DNA of 21,610 bases from an uncultured Deinococcales bacterium (GTDB lineage: Bacteria; Deinococcota; Deinococci; Deinococcales; JAAFIG01): assembly GCA_964247135.1 (NCBI GenBank), contig CAXTTL010000061.1, forward strand, positions 1 to 21,610, read 5' to 3'. This document shows positions 8,706 to 16,100 of the stretch, in pieces (positions within the stretch are counted from its first letter, which is position 1; each line of letters opens with the position of its first letter). The translations under genes were made by a program, and so were the position numbers. A model generated the notes under the pieces. The model was not told where the DNA came from, made no database searches, and was given only the letters and a program-made list of their open reading frames with translations.

Positions 8706-9224
8706 ATGATTCTCGAGACTGAACGATTGATGCTGAGACGGTTTGTGCTGGACGACTTGGATGCCCTGTCTGAGTTGTACCATGATGAAGAAATTCGGCG
8801 GTACTTTCCCGAAGGTGTCTTGGATGATGCGCAAACCAAAGCCGAACTCGAGTGGTTTTTAAACGGGCATCCGAGGTTTCCAGAATTGGGACTTTGGGCG
8901 ACGGTCAACAAAGAATCGGGTGAGTTTATGGGGCGTTGCGGTTTGCTGCCCTGGACCATCGAAGACCGTCAAGAGGTCGAGGTGGCGTACCTGCTGGGCA
9001 AGAAATTCTGGGGACAGGGATTTGCCAGCGAAGCGGCGTTGGCGATTGTTCGTTACGCTTTTGAGCACTTGAATTTGTCGCGTCTGATTTGCTTGATAGA
9101 CCCAGAGAATTTGGCGTCAATCAAAGTCGCCGAGCGTATCGGCATGAGGCTCGAGCAAAAACTGGATGGCATTGATGGTGACGGCATTCCAACCCTGATT
9201 TATGCCATCTCGAGAAACCTCTAA
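8706..9224 (+). CDS. RimJ/RimL-type GNAT N-acetyltransferase
   Basis: LETERL.LR, GRCGL, EVAY.L...FWGQGFASEAA, I.PEN.AS.KVAERIGM. Confidence 0.92.
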   Translation: MILETERLMLRRFVLDDLDALSELYHDEEIRRYFPEGVLDDAQTKAELEWFLNGHPRFPELGLWATVNKESGEFMGRCGLLPWTIEDRQEVEVAYLLGKKFWGQGFASEAALAIVRYAFEHLNLSRLICLIDPENLASIKVAERIGMRLEQKLDGIDGDGIPTLIYAISRNL

Positions 9225-9248
9225 AATCACTTGACTCGAGCGAGGTGT

Positions 9249-9926
9249 TTACCAGGCGGGCGGCAATTCGTCTTCGCTGGTCATGGGTGCGAGTGCCACA
9301 CGAATGATGTAACGCTGTGCGCCGCCGCGCCCAAGGTAACGCAGGTACAATGCCACCAGTTCGTGTTGCAGGGCTTTGGCGTCGCTGTGATCGAGGCGTA
9401 AATCGGTGAACCAACCCTCGAGGATGGCTGGAACATCTGTCACGAGGGGGTTGAACGGGCTTATCGCATTTGAGGCGGGCGAGATCAGCAGTTGACCGTT
9501 TGCTTCTCGGGAGATGCGCACGCCCCAACGCTGGCTGGTGGACTCGAGGGCGGCGATAAAACTTTTCAAAAACACGGGCTGTAAGCTTTGAGACCAGGCA
9601 TCGAGCAAACTTTCCATGTTCTCGAGCGGGGTTGCCTGTAAGGGCACAAAAAAACTGTCTGACACGGCTCGGTAGTATTTGATTGGGCTGCCTTTTCGGG
9701 TTTGGGTGCGCGTGTGGCGCAACAAACCCAATTTCAGCAGTCGCTCAATTTGGTACAGGTAGGCTTTCAGGTCTGCCATGTACTCTTTGGCGACCTCGCT
9801 GGCACTGCGTTCTTTTCCAATAAACGGGTACAGGTATACGGCTTTGTGCGGGTTGGACAGGTACGCGGCGGCTTTTGGGTTGCTGATCTCGAGCGGGGCA
9901 AAGCTGGTCGAGTTTTGCTGTTTCAT
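9249..9926 (-). CDS. Winged-HTH (ArsR-like) transcriptional regulator
   Basis: SASEVAKE..LKAYLYQIERLLKLGLL..RKGSPIKYYRA; start moved to the ATG at 9926, 7 nt after TATACT. Confidence 0.8.
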   Translation of the reverse strand: MKQQNSTSFAPLEISNPKAAAYLSNPHKAVYLYPFIGKERSASEVAKEYMADLKAYLYQIERLLKLGLLRHTRTQTRKGSPIKYYRAVSDSFFVPLQATPLENMESLLDAWSQSLQPVFLKSFIAALESTSQRWGVRISREANGQLLISPASNAISPFNPLVTDVPAILEGWFTDLRLDHSDAKALQHELVALYLRYLGRGGAQRYIIRVALAPMTSEDELPPAW

Positions 9927-10002
9927 CTCGACCAGTATAGCTGCCAATCTGTTGTAGAAAAGGTTTTTGAAATACCTTGCTGTTCGAGTAAAGGGGTCAA
10001 TA

Positions 10003-10878
10003 ATGAAAATATCCACATTTTTAGTGCCGCTCGGTTTGGTGTTTTTGGTCGCTTGCCCTCAAAGCGCTCAACCCATGACCGCCGGCGATGCCAAAACCCT
10101 CAAGACGGTTTTGCCCTTGGCGCTGAACGGTTTTGCCAACAGTGTGCGTTCTGGTGGCTCGAGCGCGGCTGGTACAGCCTCAAATGCGCTCGAGACTTTC
10201 GGTTTGCAGCCAAAAGCCGTGACTGGAAATTGTGGCTCGAGTGCCGCAATCACCGATGCCGACGGCGATAAAGTGCCGAGCAATTTTTCTTATACCTACG
10301 ATTGCACCGTGACCGTTGGGGCTGGTTTTACCTTTAAAGCCAAAGGTTTGGTCAAGAGCAATGACAGCAACGATAACGACCCCAACAGCGGTTACACCAC
10401 CGAGGGCAACTTGCGTTACGATTTTATTTTTACCAACACCCAAACCCAAGAGACATCTGGTTTTGCGTTTGTGGTGCAATGGAATGCCAATGCAACCATC
10501 GCCACTTCCGGCGGTTACACGATCAGCACCGATCAACGCCTGACCTTCCAACCCGACACGGACAAGAGTCAATTTGGTTATCAATTGAGTGCAACCTACC
10601 TGCCAGACGCGGACGGCAACAACCTCAAATTTGATGCCGGAAAACTGAACATTGTTGGATCAGCCAATTTCAGCAACGCGAGCGGCAAGTTTTCAATCTT
10701 AAACCTGAGTGTCAACGATTTGCACTTTGGCGGTACTTGCCCTCGAGCCGTGGACAGCGGCATTGTTCGGCTCGAGGACAGCTCGAATTTGAATGGCAGC
10801 AAAAACAATGTGCTCGAGTTGACCGCCACAGGTTGCGACACCTGGAATGCGACGTATAACGGCAGCCTCGTTTTTTAG
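10003..10878 (+). CDS. Hypothetical lipoprotein
   Basis: MKISTFLVPLGLVFLVA|C lipobox; AAGGGG RBS; acidic motifs DADGDKVP and DSNDNDP; four further Cys. Confidence 0.8.
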   Translation: MKISTFLVPLGLVFLVACPQSAQPMTAGDAKTLKTVLPLALNGFANSVRSGGSSAAGTASNALETFGLQPKAVTGNCGSSAAITDADGDKVPSNFSYTYDCTVTVGAGFTFKAKGLVKSNDSNDNDPNSGYTTEGNLRYDFIFTNTQTQETSGFAFVVQWNANATIATSGGYTISTDQRLTFQPDTDKSQFGYQLSATYLPDADGNNLKFDAGKLNIVGSANFSNASGKFSILNLSVNDLHFGGTCPRAVDSGIVRLEDSSNLNGSKNNVLELTATGCDTWNATYNGSLVF

Positions 10879-10894
10879 ATCATTTCAGTCATTG

Positions 10895-10928
10895 AAATCT
10901 CGAGAAGCATGACTTCTCGAGATTTTTT
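10895..10928 (+). terminator. Intrinsic terminator with CTCGAG in both arms
   Basis: AAATCTCGAGAAG-CATGA-CTTCTCGAGATTT followed by further T's. Confidence 0.8.
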
Positions 10929-10959
10929 GATGTCTGAGCAGGCATGTTTGCGGTATCGC

Positions 10960-11016
10960 TTGACTTTTGAACGCGTTCAGTTTAGTATCTGAACATGTTC
11001 AATTTGAATGCGTTCA
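10960..11016 (+). promoter_or_regulatory. Sigma70-type promoter with three TGAA-N4-TTCA operator-like palindromes
   Basis: TTGACT-N17-TAGTAT-N6-ATG; palindromes TGAACGCGTTCA (10968), TGAACATGTTCA (10990), TGAATGCGTTCA (11005). Confidence 0.75.
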
Positions 11017-11705
11017 AAAACCAGGCAGCCTCGGATGCCCCCTTAAGCAAAGCCGACCTGACCAAACAAAAGATTCTCGAGGAGGCTTTAAAGCTCTTTC
11101 GTGAAAAGGGTTTTGACGCCACCACCATGCGCGACATTGCCGCGACCTGCGACATGGCGGTCGGCACGGCGTACCACCACTTTGAAAGCAAAGAAGCCAT
11201 CGTCAGCGCCTATTACAACTGGGTTCAACTCGAGCACCTGCGCCAAGTCAGCGAATACAACCAAAGCAAACACAGCCTCAAACAACGCCTCGAGCAAGCC
11301 TTTCAAAGCAAACTCGAGATTGTCGCTGGCGACCAAAAATTGCTCGGCGTCATCATGCGTTACATCGGCGAATCCGAACATCCGCTCTCAATTTTTGGCG
11401 CAAAAACCAAAGACTTGCGCGACGAAGGCTTGCAAATCTTCAAAATCGCCCTCGCCGACGAAGCCATGCACGCCGACCTGAAAGAACTCGCGCCACTGAT
11501 TTTTTGGACGCTGCACATGGGAATGCTGCTGTATTTTCTGCACGACCAAACCCAAGGCGAACGCACCAGCAAACTTGGCAAAAGTGCGCTCGAGTTGATT
11601 CTGCAAGTCTTTGGCATGGTCGGTTCGCCACTGGTGCAACCACTGATTAAACCCGTTCTGGGCAAGGTCAAAAAATTACTGAAAACCTATAACTTGATGG
11701 ATTAA
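10995..11705 (+). CDS. TetR/AcrR family transcriptional regulator
   Basis: TKQKILEEALKLFREKGFDATTMRDIA...MAVGTAYHHFESKE HTH signature. Confidence 0.93.
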   Translation: MFNLNAFKNQAASDAPLSKADLTKQKILEEALKLFREKGFDATTMRDIAATCDMAVGTAYHHFESKEAIVSAYYNWVQLEHLRQVSEYNQSKHSLKQRLEQAFQSKLEIVAGDQKLLGVIMRYIGESEHPLSIFGAKTKDLRDEGLQIFKIALADEAMHADLKELAPLIFWTLHMGMLLYFLHDQTQGERTSKLGKSALELILQVFGMVGSPLVQPLIKPVLGKVKKLLKTYNLMD

Positions 11706-11790
11706 AGCTTTACAATCCGCCGCTAAATCTCGAGCCTTCAAACTCAAAAAGCTCGAGCTGGGAAAACACTGCCCAAAACAGGAGGTTGTT

Positions 11791-12195
11791 ATGAATACCA
11801 CCAGAACCATGAGGAACATCGCCACCATCCAACTCGTGATTGCCTTCGGTTGTTGCCTGATCTGTATTCTGCCAAGCCTTGAGTGCCTGATTAGCATCTA
11901 TTTCGCATTGCCCACGATTGTGGTTTGGTGGCTCGGTATTCGCTTGATGATCGGGTACTACAACATCAGCCAAGGCAAACAGGGTATGTTACAAACCCGA
12001 AGACTGTGGTTTGAAAGTCTAATTTTTAACGTCACAATAGCCGTAATCGGAATTTCACTTTCAATCATTTCTTCTGAAATCACCCTCGGGTATTTTTTTC
12101 TATTGATGCCCTCTGTGCTAGGCAGCATCCTTGCAATATGTGCGCTGCTCCTACCGCCAGAAAACAATTGGACGCTCGAGCACAAAACTTTTTAA
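11791..12195 (+). CDS. Hypothetical membrane protein (about 4 TM)
   Basis: AGGAGG RBS; four hydrophobic segments. Confidence 0.65.
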   Translation: MNTTRTMRNIATIQLVIAFGCCLICILPSLECLISIYFALPTIVVWWLGIRLMIGYYNISQGKQGMLQTRRLWFESLIFNVTIAVIGISLSIISSEITLGYFFLLMPSVLGSILAICALLLPPENNWTLEHKTF

Positions 12196-12329
12196 TTTTT
12201 AAGCTTGAAATTCAAGGTCCTTCTCAGCAAGAGCAAGGCTGGAAAAACATTGCCCAAAAAACTGTTAGCGAATCTCGAGTTCAAACGCCATCCAACCCTT
12301 CGCCCTCTCGAGCACAAAGGAGCAACACC

Positions 12330-12743
12330 ATGAATGTTTTGTTGACTTACGCCGTTTACGCCACCATCAGCCTGAGCTTAACGATTTGGGTTGCTCAAAC
12401 CCTGCACAAAAATGGCAAGATTTTCTTGATTGATGCGTTTCGCGGCAACGAACAAATGGCGGATTCGGTCAACCATTTGTTGCAAGTTGGGTTTTATTTG
12501 GTCAATGTTGGTTTTGTTTCACTCTTTTTGCGCTTTGGTGACACGCCAAACGATGCCGTCAGCAGCGTGGAGTACATCAGTACCAAAATTGGGATTGTGC
12601 TGTTGGCGCTTGGTGGAATGCACTTTTTTAACATGTTCAACTTTGCCAACATGCGAAGCAGAGCCAAACGCCACGACAAAATACAAGCCGAGTTAAACTT
12701 CTCAGATCAGGGCAGTATCTCGAGCCTGGAAGCAAAAATCTGA
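12330..12743 (+). CDS. Conserved hypothetical integral membrane protein
   Basis: AAGGAG RBS before the ATG at 12330; Y..S..LT.WVA.TL..NG..FL...F.GN...ADSVN.LL.VGFYL.N.G and K.G...L.LG.MHF.N pattern. Confidence 0.85.
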   Translation: MNVLLTYAVYATISLSLTIWVAQTLHKNGKIFLIDAFRGNEQMADSVNHLLQVGFYLVNVGFVSLFLRFGDTPNDAVSSVEYISTKIGIVLLALGGMHFFNMFNFANMRSRAKRHDKIQAELNFSDQGSISSLEAKI

Positions 12744-12755
12744 GATTGGATTTTC

Positions 12756-12793
12756 AAATGAGGCTCGAGGTTTTTGTCTCGAGCCTCATTTTT
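12756..12793. terminator. Terminator between convergent genes, with CTCGAG in both arms
   Basis: AAATGAGGCTCGAG-GTTTTTGT-CTCGAGCCTCATTT. Confidence 0.8.
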
Positions 12794-12805
12794 ATTGGGT
12801 TGAAT

Positions 12806-15800
12806 TTAGCCCAGTGTTTTTTGACCAATTTTTGGTTTCAAAAAAGGCGCTTCAATGTACTTGTACGACAAACTTGCCGCCCCAAACGCCAGCGCCAACG
12901 CCACACCAGAAATCAACAAATGCTCGCTGAGGCTCGAGATGCCAAAATACTGGTAATTGCTGTTAAACGTTAAACGAATCAACTCGAGGATTAAATAATG
13001 CCAGATGTACAAGCCAAACGAAATCTTGGCGGTGTACCGAAAAAAAGTGTTGTCGAGGAGTCGCCCAAGGATTCTCGAGAATGGCAGGGTGGACAGTTGA
13101 ATGGCGATTAACGCGGGAAAAATGGGGTAGAAATACGGTTGGTTGCCAAGGCTGAAGGCGAAATCTGGGGCGTAACGTTGTGTGAACAAAAACACCATCG
13201 TGACGACAAAAGCGGTTAGTGCAATGCCGTCAAAAATCCAACTCGAGCGGATTTTGAGGTTGCGCAATTTGACAATAATTCCTGCGGCGATCACGCCCAG
13301 AATGTAATGCCCGAACATGCCGACGGCGTTGTAATTGGGCATCCAATATTTTGCGCCGCCAATAAGCCCATGATCCCAACCTCGGTTGACGCTGTCGGGA
13401 ATCAGGTCGGTGATGATGGCTTGATGCGCAATCAACGTGACTGCAAGCACGCCAAACCAGAACAGCAAACCTTGACGAAATGAAGCTCGAGCGGCAAGCA
13501 GTTGAAACATTGCCCACATTGCAATTGGCATCATGGCGTAACACAGCACTTCAAATCCGATGCTCCACAGTGGACCATTCAGGTCGGCGGGGAAGAGCGT
13601 CACGTAATGCAGCGCGGAGGTGAACGTCAGGGCAGAAACATAACGGATGAAGACGGCTTGGGCGTCGGGCACAAAGAACAGGGTGCAAATTACGCTGATG
13701 GTCAGACTGGCGTAAAACCCTGGCACAATCCTGACCGCACGACGACGCGTGAACTCGAGCATGTTGGGGAAATCGCGGCGCTCGAGAAAATTTTTCCAGA
13801 AGGGCATGGATAAAAGCATTCCCGAAAGCACAAAAAACGCGCTGACACCGACTTGTCCGGTCATGATGAAGGCTTGGGCGTCTTGAATAAACTTGCTTTG
13901 CTCGGGGCGGTTTAAACGCTGCGAAAGGTGATGCGCCACCACCATCAAGCACGCCATCGCCCGAATGCCATCCGCGCCGGAAAGGCTGGCGGTGCTCGAG
14001 GAATCCATGATGCGAGCGATTATTTTCTTAAACGGGTCAAACCAAGTCAAAGCCGTATTGCTCGAAATGTTCATGCCCTTGCCGATCTGCCCAGCCGAAA
14101 ATAAAAACAAGATAAACGCGGGCAAACTGGCAATCGCAATGCCAACCGTGAAGGCGCTGCTCGAGGTTGAGAGGTTGCTCATGACTTGTGTGACCATTTG
14201 CGTGTCAGAATTTTTCAGGATGGCGAGGGCTGCGGAGGCATTGTTCCAAACCGTAACGAAGGTCAGTAGACCGAGTGTGACCAACACTGGACGCGCCAGG
14301 GGCATAACAAGGCTGGCAAAGATTCGCAGTTCACTCGCACCATCAATCCGTCCCGCCTCGAGTAAACTTTTTGGCACGGCGGCGGTCAAATACTGACGAA
14401 TCAAAAACACGCCAAACGCGCTGACCGTGGCGGGAACCCAGACGGCTCGAGCCTGATCCATCCAACCAATCACGCCAACCACCAGCACGGTTGGAATCAA
14501 ACTGAGCAGCGACGGGAAGAGCATCACGCCAAGGGTGATGGCGTACAGAACATTGCGCCCTTTAAACTCGAGAAAGGCGAAGCCGAACGCGGCAAGGCTG
14601 GCGGTGATGATCGCGCCAACGGCAGCCAGGGTGCAGATGTAAAAACTGTTCCAGAAATTGCCCCAAAAGTGCGGCACCTGCTCGAGCAAGAATTTGAGGT
14701 TGTAACTCAGCGAATCGCCAAGTTGAAAGTCGATGCTCGAGGAGGGATAATTTCGGGTGGCGTTGAAAAACATCATGACGATGGGCAAAATTGACAGAAT
14801 AATGCCAAACAACACCAGAAATCGCAAAACGATTTTTGAGGTGTTGGAAAAACGAATGGCTGACTGGTCACTCTCGAGGTGTGCGCTGGTGTCCAAGCTC
14901 GAGAAGTTGCGTCCGATTAGGGCGTACACCACCAGCACGATGGCGACCATGCCGAAGAAATACACCATCGTCATTTCGCTCGCCAAGCCCATGTCAAAAT
15001 CCCAGAAACCCGTGCGGAAAATATAGGTCGGCAGGTCGGTGGTGCTGGGGTTGAAGCTGCTCGAGTACCAGGCGTTGGTCGCGCCCTGAAAACCGCGCAA
15101 GAAACTCATGGTGAAGGCGACAAAAATCATCGGGCGCATCAAGGGCAAAGCAACGCGCCCGAACAAACCCCAGAAGCCCGCGCCGTCGAGTTGCGCCGCT
15201 TCGTACAAGCTGCGCGGAATCGAATTGAGCACCATCAAATACAACAAAACATTCCAACCCACCGTGCCCCACAAACTCACGAACGCCACCCGAGCATCCT
15301 CGAGGTACAAACTGGTGTTGGGAATGAACGTGCCCAAAAGTGGCAGGTGCGAAAGCCAGCCAAAACCAGCATCAATAAACTGCCAGACGAACAAGAAAAA
15401 CGTGCTTAAAACCGAAGCCGCCGCGATGCTCGAGGTCATGTACGGCAGGAAAAAAATGGTTCCCAAAACGCCCTGAATGCGTTTGAATGCCATGTGCAAA
15501 ATAAACGCCAACGGAATGGCAATCAGGTGTTGCGGGATGGCGCTGAACACCGCCTGACGAAGCGTGCGCAACAACGCCGACCAGAAATTGGGATCGTTGA
15601 CAAACGTATAATTGTACGCCCACAAACCCGAGAATTTCAGGTGGTTTAAACCCGCCACAGGGTTGTACTCAAAAAAACTGACGAACAACGAGAACGCCAA
15701 GGGCGCAATGCCGAACGCCAGCAACAAACAAAAAAACGGTGCGATAAAACCATAACCCACCCAACTCGAGCGCCACGGTTTACGGGCGGGTTGGCTCGAG

Positions 15801-15826
15801 GTTTTGGCTGGGAGACTGAGGTTCAC
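12806..15826 (-). CDS. Fusion: carbohydrate ABC permease 1 + permease 2 + acyltransferase_3 (OafA-like)
   Basis: Single 1006-aa ORF with AGGAG RBS and GTG start. Two EAA loops (IPRSLYEAAQLDGA, VPKSLLEAGRIDGA), then AT3 motifs DGIRA..LMVVAHH, GVSAFFVLSGML, F.RRR.VRI.P, LWSIGFE, ISFGLYIWH, SYKYIEAP. Confidence 0.85.
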   Translation of the reverse strand: MNLSLPAKTSSQPARKPWRSSWVGYGFIAPFFCLLLAFGIAPLAFSLFVSFFEYNPVAGLNHLKFSGLWAYNYTFVNDPNFWSALLRTLRQAVFSAIPQHLIAIPLAFILHMAFKRIQGVLGTIFFLPYMTSSIAAASVLSTFFLFVWQFIDAGFGWLSHLPLLGTFIPNTSLYLEDARVAFVSLWGTVGWNVLLYLMVLNSIPRSLYEAAQLDGAGFWGLFGRVALPLMRPMIFVAFTMSFLRGFQGATNAWYSSSFNPSTTDLPTYIFRTGFWDFDMGLASEMTMVYFFGMVAIVLVVYALIGRNFSSLDTSAHLESDQSAIRFSNTSKIVLRFLVLFGIILSILPIVMMFFNATRNYPSSSIDFQLGDSLSYNLKFLLEQVPHFWGNFWNSFYICTLAAVGAIITASLAAFGFAFLEFKGRNVLYAITLGVMLFPSLLSLIPTVLVVGVIGWMDQARAVWVPATVSAFGVFLIRQYLTAAVPKSLLEAGRIDGASELRIFASLVMPLARPVLVTLGLLTFVTVWNNASAALAILKNSDTQMVTQVMSNLSTSSSAFTVGIAIASLPAFILFLFSAGQIGKGMNISSNTALTWFDPFKKIIARIMDSSSTASLSGADGIRAMACLMVVAHHLSQRLNRPEQSKFIQDAQAFIMTGQVGVSAFFVLSGMLLSMPFWKNFLERRDFPNMLEFTRRRAVRIVPGFYASLTISVICTLFFVPDAQAVFIRYVSALTFTSALHYVTLFPADLNGPLWSIGFEVLCYAMMPIAMWAMFQLLAARASFRQGLLFWFGVLAVTLIAHQAIITDLIPDSVNRGWDHGLIGGAKYWMPNYNAVGMFGHYILGVIAAGIIVKLRNLKIRSSWIFDGIALTAFVVTMVFLFTQRYAPDFAFSLGNQPYFYPIFPALIAIQLSTLPFSRILGRLLDNTFFRYTAKISFGLYIWHYLILELIRLTFNSNYQYFGISSLSEHLLISGVALALAFGAASLSYKYIEAPFLKPKIGQKTLG

Positions 15827-15893
15827 TTCGGGTTGCTCCTGGTGTCTCGAGTGTACTGGGGGAATATTAAGATTGAACGATAAGCAATTGCTC

Positions 15894-15977
15894 GGTCTAT
15901 CCTCATCCCCAACCCTTCTTGACCATAAAACGCACCTACGGGCATGGTCGCTTCTCCGAACATCGGGAGAAGAGGGA
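15894..15977 (+). repeat. Solo family A hairpin repeat interrupted by the 36-nt mini-element
   Basis: GGTCTATCCTCATCCCCAACCCTTC[36 nt]TCCGAACATCGGGAGAAGAGGGA; removing the 36 nt restores a near match to 2711-2756 and 3157-3201. Confidence 0.85.
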
Positions 15978-16037
15978 TTTAGTGCTTTGTTGTGGGGCTG
16001 AATTTCGCTCGAGAAAAATCAATTTAATAAAAGGTTG

Positions 16038-16095
16038 GTAGGGTGCGCTGTGCGCACCAGAGCATGTGAATAACGGTGCGCGAGGCGCACCCTAC
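16038..16095. repeat. Inverted GTAG-REP doublet (REPIN-like)
   Basis: GTAG-GGTGCGCTGTGCGCACC ... GGTGCGCGAGGCGCACC-CTAC, just downstream of the GH43 stop. Confidence 0.85.
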
Positions 16096-16100
16096 GATTT

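Noticed and set aside
12138-12329. N-terminal extensions in the ORF track (also for 5196-5600, 7839, 9967, 10016, 19792)
   Set aside because: Downstream ATGs with an SD, leaderless -10 spacing or translational coupling fit better and avoid overlaps with neighbouring genes or repeats.
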